From positions 1,178,001 through 1,242,000 of the forward strand of contig JANHCV010000007.1 in the NCBI GenBank assembly GCA_025594325.1: 64,000 bases of DNA, in the 5' to 3' direction. The translations under genes and the position numbers were made by a program. The notes beneath the pieces were generated by a model, which was not told the origin of the DNA, searched no databases, and saw only the letters and a list, made by a program, of their open reading frames with translations. Source of the stretch: Blastocladiella emersonii ATCC 22665 (taxonomy: Eukaryota; Fungi; Blastocladiomycota). This document shows positions 58,133-64,000 of this stretch, one piece after another; position 1 is the stretch's first letter, and each line of letters starts with the position of its first letter.

Positions 58133-59366
58133 ATGATGGCTGCTACCACCACGACACCTACCTCGATTCCGATCCTGCGCTTCGAGGCGACCGAGGCGTG
58201 CCCGGCCCCGCCGGTGCCCGACCCGCGCGCCGGGCTGTCGGCCAACCAGATCGCGGCGCTCGCGCAGGCCGAGCTGTCCATCTCGCAGGACCCGCAGCTC
58301 ACGCCCGAGCAGCGCGAGTGGGCCGACACGCCGTGCCTGCTGCGCTACCTGTGCGGTCCCACCGTTATTGCACTGGGAGGATCGACCGAGCTGATCAGAG
58401 CACGGAGAGTGTAGGCGCGCGACGGCTCCCACCAAGGACACGTACGACGCGCAAGCGGCGCTGACCAAGCTGCGCGGGACGCTAGCGTGGCGGGCGGCCG
58501 AGAAGCCGCACGAGCTGACGGCGGACGCGGCGATGCGCGAGCAGGGTGCGCTGGGCAAGCAGGTCGCGCACGGTTTCTCGCGGGCGGGCCACCCGGTGCT
58601 GTACATGCTTCCTCGCAACGAGAATTCGGCCGACGAGGACGCGCAGTTCGCGTTCGTGCTGTTCAACCTCGAGCTCGCGATCCGCCGCATGCCGCCGGGC
58701 GTCGAGAAGGTGGTGCTCGTCATCGACTTCAACGGCATGACGCTCGCCAAGCGCATGTCGCCCGCGATGCAGCGCCGGTTCGTCGACACGCTGTCGGCGC
58801 ACTACCCGGAGCGCCTGCACTGCGCCTGCATGGTCAACGCCCCGTGGTTCTTCTGGGCCGCGTGGAAGGTGATTGCCCCCTTCATCGACCCCGTCACGCG
58901 CGCCAAGGTCAGCTTCGTCACCCTCGACCCGCCCGGCGCGGGCAAGAGCCGGTCCTCGTCCATGTCGTCGCTCTCGCCCTCGGGCAGTGCCTCGGACGTG
59001 TCGGCGGCCGCCGCCGCCGCCGCTGCGTCGCCGCCAGAACCCGTGCCGCAGAAGAAGCCCAGCCGCTTCTCGCTCGGCGGCCTCTTCTCGCGCAGCGCCT
59101 CGACGCCGACCGCTTCGGCCGCCGCCGACGAGGGCGCGCCCGCCGAGCCCGTGGCCGACGGCAAGCTCATGTACACGCAGCTCGTCACGGACCACCTGTG
59201 GGCCGACTACGGCGGCGACTGCGCCTTCCAGTGGGACGCCGCTGCCTACTTTGCGGCCGTCGACGCGTTTCTCGCCGACGCCGAGGCGCAGCGCGTCGCG
59301 CGGGTCGCGGCCCTCGTCGAGTCGATGCGCCTCGAGGCCGAGATGCCCGTCGAGGACGACGAATAG
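58133..59366 (+). CDS. CRAL-TRIO/Sec14 family lipid-transfer protein (Pdr16/Sfh-like)
   Basis: join(58133..58350,58415..59366); CLLRYLRAT, TLAWR, GHPVLYMLP, LVIDFNGMT, HYPERL..VNAPWFF..WKVIAPFIDPVTRAKV. Confidence 0.9.
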
Positions 59367-59589
59367 ATGCTTTTTGAACGACGCGACCCGTTTCGGTCCG
59401 TGTGGCGGCGAGGGCGATCCGTCAGGTGAGATCACCCGCGGCGGTTGATCGCCCTCACTTTTTTGGCCAACGTTGCCGACCCCGACCTTCTCGTCGCTGC
59501 TGCCGCTCGCTGTTGCTGATCCGCTGCACCACCACCTATCGCAACGAATTCGGACACTTGCTGCTGCGCAACGCTGCTGCCGCCGCGCC

Positions 59590-61033
59590 ATGTTCCCCGA
59601 AGACCCCCACTTCCCCTCGTACGAGGAGGCGGTGCGCCATGTTACCAACCTGGTCAGTTCCCACTTTGGCGAGACATGGATCAACCCCACTCTGACCCTC
59701 TCTCCGCGGCAACTAGTTTGAGCGCAACGCCGAGACGCCGTGGAAGGTGCGCCAGGTGACGCTCGAGGGCGTGCGCACGACGCGGCGCGCCGTCTTCGAG
59801 CAGTACGTGCGCCCGATCCTCAACGAGACGGGCACGCTGGCCGAGGTCGTGCTGCGCCTGCAGGTCGCCGCCGACCGCCTGCGCAAGCTCGACATCTTTG
59901 ACGACATTTCCATCGACCTCGACACGCCCTCTACTGCCGCGAAATCCGCAGCAATGGGAGCGGGTGAGCCCGACCTCCTGGACGTGACGCTGCGGATCAA
60001 GGAGAAGCCGCGCGTTCGCGCCGAGACGGGCACGCAGATGGGCAACAACGAGGGCAACATGCACGCGTCGCTGAGCGTGCGCAACGTGTTCGGGTCGGCC
60101 GAGTCGCTCGCCACCAACATCGCCTTCGGCACCAAGACGCACTCGTCGTTCGAGGGCGTCTTCACCAAACCGTCGACGGCCGACCCGCGCCGCCAGCTGC
60201 ACCTCGCCGCGCACCAGGTGCACCGGTCCAACCAGGCGACCAGCAGCCACGACGAACTGGCGCGCGCGCTCGCCCTGCGCCTCGTGTTCCCGTCGCCGCT
60301 CGGCAACCACCAACTCGCCTACACGCTCGGCTGGCGCCAGATCCTGGACGTGGCCGACTCGGCGTCGCTGTCGGTGCGCCACGAGGCGGGCCACTCGCTC
60401 AAGTCGGCCGTCTCGCACTCGCTCGTCCGCGACACGCGCGACTCCGGGTCGCTCCCGACCCGCGGCACGCTGCTGCGCGTCGAGTCGGAGCTCGCGGGCG
60501 TCGCGCAGGTCGGCGACGTGCGGCACGTCAAGAACGAGGTCGAGGCGCAGTGGAACCTGGCGCTCGGCCGCGGCTTCTCCCTGTCCAACACGTTCCGGCT
60601 CGGCGCGCTGGTCCCGCTCGACGGCGACGTGCCGCGGATCGCCGACCGGATATTCCTGGGCGGGCCGACCTCGGTGCGCGGGTTCACGCACCACGGGATC
60701 GGGCCCAAGGACGGCACCGACGCGCTTGGTGGGACCGTCGCGTACCAGGCCGGCGTGTCCCTGTTCGCGCCCGTCCCCGGACTCGCCGACAAGGACTGGC
60801 TGCGCATGCACGCGTTCGTCAACGCCGGGTCCGCGGGCCAGGCGGTCCCGTGGACGCGCGACGCCGTCGAGGCCCTCGCGCGCGTCCCGCCGTCCGTGTC
60901 GGCCGGGTTCGGGCTCGCGCTCCGCCACCCGGTGTGCCGGCTTGAGCTCAACTGGGCCGTCCCGCTCGTCGTGCACCGCGGCGACGCGTTCAAGCGCGGC
61001 GTCTCGTTTGGCCTCGGGATCAACTTCCTGTAG
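59590..61033 (+). CDS. SAM50: Mitochondrial outer-membrane sorting and assembly machinery subunit Sam50/Tob55 (Omp85)
   Basis: join(59590..59631,59717..61033); POTRA then beta-barrel; conserved FLGGPTSVRGF; C-terminal RLELNW..FGLGINFL. Confidence 0.92.
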
Positions 61034-61106
61034 TAGTTCTGGCGGAGTTGGTCTCTACTCAACATTTTGTGCGATTTTCTTCTATGCTATGTACTCCACT
61101 CCCACC

Positions 61107-61947
61107 CTAATCGTCCAACCGGTCCGTATCCGTCGCGCGGCACACGAGCCGGTGCAGGCGGTCCGTCTCCTCGCGCAGCAGCGTGACGGTGCGCTCGCTC
61201 GGCGGCACGTAGCTCGACGTCGGCCGCGAGATCACGTCCTTGAGCACGATGGCCGTGATCGCCGACGGCTGGCCCTCGACCAGCGCCTGCACCGTCGCGT
61301 CCTTCCACTGTGCCAGGTGCGCGCGCGTCGCGCGGATGTGCGCCAGCGACGGGTTTTGGGTTGAGCCGCGGACGGGCGCGGAGCGGGTCGCGAGGGAGCG
61401 CGTGGTGGGTGCGGCGACATTGTTGTTGTCGGCGAGCCGAGCGGACGCGACCCTTGCCGCGTTGCTCTTGCTCGTCTGCCCGTGGTACGCAGCGCGCGGG
61501 GCCGCGCTCACGGCTTTGCGCGGGCCCATGAGCCGCGCCGCGTCGGTGCCGAGCGTCGGGAAGATCGAGGAGCGGGCGGCCGCGACGCTACACGGCACGG
61601 GACGCGTTAGCTTCCGCCCGGGATGAGTGCCCCCGCTGAACGTACGAGTTCTTTGCGGCGTCGTGGTACTGGCTCGGGTCAAACTCGCCGTGCAATCCAG
61701 ACCCGCCGCCATTCGCCGCCGCGAGCGTAGCACGTCGCGAGACACCAATCGCGCCGGCCTCGGCCGTCCGCGCACGGATCCGGCGGCGCGCCTCGTCGCG
61801 GGCCTCCTGGGCCCTGCCCGTGGGCGGCTCGTACACCATGAACTTGGCGCGGATCACGGTCGGCAGCTTGGACCACTGCGTGTGCGACAGCCGGTTGCGG
61901 TTGAAGGTGACGACCTCGCGCGGGCCGTCGGCGTCGTTATCGGGCAT
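61107..61947 (-). CDS. Small hypothetical protein, possibly LKAAEAR1-like
   Basis: complement(join(61107..61587,61646..61947)); 58-nt GTACGT..TAG intron; similarity pattern judged from memory only. Confidence 0.7.
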
Positions 61948-62531
61948 CTTGGTGGTGGTAGTGGTGGCGCCGGATCCGGATCGCGGGAGGCCGTAGTGGG
62001 GCACGATTCATGGAGTGGAGGGCGCAGGGTGGTTGCACCAGTGCATTGAGGGCGCAGATGGCCGATGATAAATATGCGCGCGGCGGCGGCGGTGAGGCCG
62101 AGATCGTGCACCTGCTCCAGGGTAGCGAGAGAGGTGCGAGACGCGGGCGCGAGACGCGCTTGGAAAACACGCGATCACGGCGCACGTGGCGCGAGCTGAT
62201 CCGTGGCGCCGGGCCCGATTGGCAGGGGAGGCGAGCGCTCGTCCCTCCGCCCACGTTCACGACCGCCGCGCTCGCCCTTCCTCTCGGATTCCCGCTCTCA
62301 CGCACGCCAGCCGTCTCCACTCCCCCTTGCAACGTAACTTGTCTCCGGCCACACGGACCGGACGGCCCAGCGACCGACCCGACGACGGACGGCCAGATCC
62401 TGCGGCCCACGACTGGCGAGTGTGTGAGCGAGAGAAGAGCTTGGCGCTTGATGTATCAACAACCCCGGCCGCCTTCTGCCCGCGCGACCGCTTCTTCCTC
62501 CTCCCCGTAACCCGTCCCTCTCCCTTCAACC

Positions 62532-63795
62532 ATGGAAGGCATCGCCAGCCCACCGCCACTTCCACCACCACGCGCGCCGCGGCGGGTCGTCGCCGGGCTC
62601 GACGTGGACGCGACGCTGCACGAGCACCGGATACCCATCTCGGCGTCGGCGGCGGCCGTCATCGGCAACATCGCCGGGTACCCGTTCGACTCGGTCAAGA
62701 CGCGCATGCAGGTGACCCAGTACCCGAGCATCTCGCACTGCATCCGCCACACGTACGCGACCGAGGGCGTGCCCGGCTTCTTCCGCGGCATCCTGCCCCA
62801 GCTCGCTACCGTCTCGCTGTTCAAGACGGCCTCGTTCTCGGCCTACGTCCGCGCCAAGGAGGGGATCATGGCCGCCGACGCGCCTGAGCGGAGGGGGACT
62901 GCGGCGGGGCTGCTGCTCGCGTCGTTTGGCGGTGGGTTCTGCAGTGGTGTACGTGCTACCCTCGCTGTCCGAGAAACCGGCCGTTTACTAACGCGATCCC
63001 CTGCTGCAGATCTTCACCGCGTTCCTGACGCAGCCGCTCGAGCTGATCAAGGTCCTGCGCCAGCTGCAAGTCTTGCTGAGCCGCCAGGCCGCGCTCGCGT
63101 CGCCGGCTTCCACCTCTGCAGCAGCAGCAGGAACCGCGTCAGGCGCTCCCGCTGCGGCTGCGGCCGCTGCCATGGTCGGCTCGCCAAATACGCACACGAC
63201 GTACGGCATGGCGCGCGAGATCATGCGCGCGCGAGGGCCCACGGGGCTCTTCTTCGGGTTCGGGTCGCACCTCCTGCGCGAGTCGCTCGGTGGCGGTACG
63301 CTGTTTTGGTCTAGGTTCGGGTCGAGGTAGTGCTGACACGGCAGAATCCCGTAGCCGTCTACTTTTCGTCGTACGAGCTGTCCAAGTTCGCCATCGGCAA
63401 GGCCACGGGCGCCGAGCCCAACCTGCTCGTGCACGTCCTCTCGGGCGCCGTGTGCGGCACGTTTGCGTGGACTATCATCTTCCCGACGGACGTGATCAAG
63501 AGGTACCTTATCTCGTCCGACCTCGCACCGCGCCCACCACTGACATCCCGAACCCCAATGTAGCACGATCCAGCGCGACACGCTCGCGGCGCAACCGCGG
63601 TTCCGGTCCGTGTGGGCGTGCGCGAGCTCGCTGTACGCGACGGGCGGGCTGCGCATCTTCTACCGCGGCATCAGCGCCACCATGATCCGCGCCGCGCCCA
63701 TCCACTCGCTCAACTGGGCCGTGTACGAGGGCGTGCTCCGGTTCTGCACCCGCGAGTCCGACGACGACGCGGGCGAGCGCGCCGCAAGAGCATGA
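62532..63795 (+). CDS. Mitochondrial carrier (SLC25; carnitine/ornithine/Ymc-like subgroup)
   Basis: join(62532..62948,63010..63295,63355..63502,63564..63795); signatures YPFDSVKTRMQ, QPLELIKV, FPTDVIKS; FYRGISATMIRAAP. Confidence 0.9.
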
Positions 63796-64000
63796 ATAGA
63801 GGCACGCGCGCTTGCTCGGGACATGGAGAGCATTACTTGTACTACCAACCAATCACCCTCCCAACGAACACACGAATGGGAATTTATCAACGGCACAACG
63901 TTTGAAGGGGGGATGAACAACGCGTCGTGGACTGCTTGCTTGTTCCGGCAAGTTCCCAGGCCGGCCAGCTGATCGGCGGCGACGCGTCACCGCTCGCTCG

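Noticed and set aside
40250-63795. Apparent mitochondrial gene cluster (Isu1, two carriers, Sam50, PPR-like)
   Set aside because: The genes are interspersed with unrelated genes over 23 kb; compatible with chance.

Overview
Eukaryotic nuclear DNA. Genes are GC-rich (about 70-75% in lines counted) and carry short spliceosomal introns (mostly 56-76 nt; donor GTACGC/GTGCGY, branch CTGAC/CTAAC/CTCAC, acceptor YAG). A class C GPCR, an EML-type protein and a MARK/PAR-1 kinase point to a zoosporic early-diverging fungus, probably Blastocladiomycota (inference, no search run). About 25 protein-coding genes were reconstructed by hand-splicing: UCS myosin chaperone, TBC Rab-GAP, SET methyltransferase, CCHC zinc-knuckle protein, class C GPCR, CAP/Srv2, MARK kinase, Fyv6/FAM192A, Thp3/LENG8, Isu1, EML, two mitochondrial carriers, CRAL-TRIO, Sam50 and several orphans. 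Three things stand out. (1) An intact four-copy tandem family of 5-exon orphan genes at 8.3-17.4 kb, invisible in the ORF track. (2) A Venus-flytrap class C GPCR ending in a PH-like domain. (3) An ~11.5-kb island (44.5-56 kb) with no intact gene, a central GC trough, MITE-like elements and decayed intron-bearing pseudogenes; it is a candidate centromere or heterochromatic island. No tRNA, rRNA or CRISPR array was found. Most long ORFs in the supplied track are antisense or off-frame shadows of GC-rich genes.
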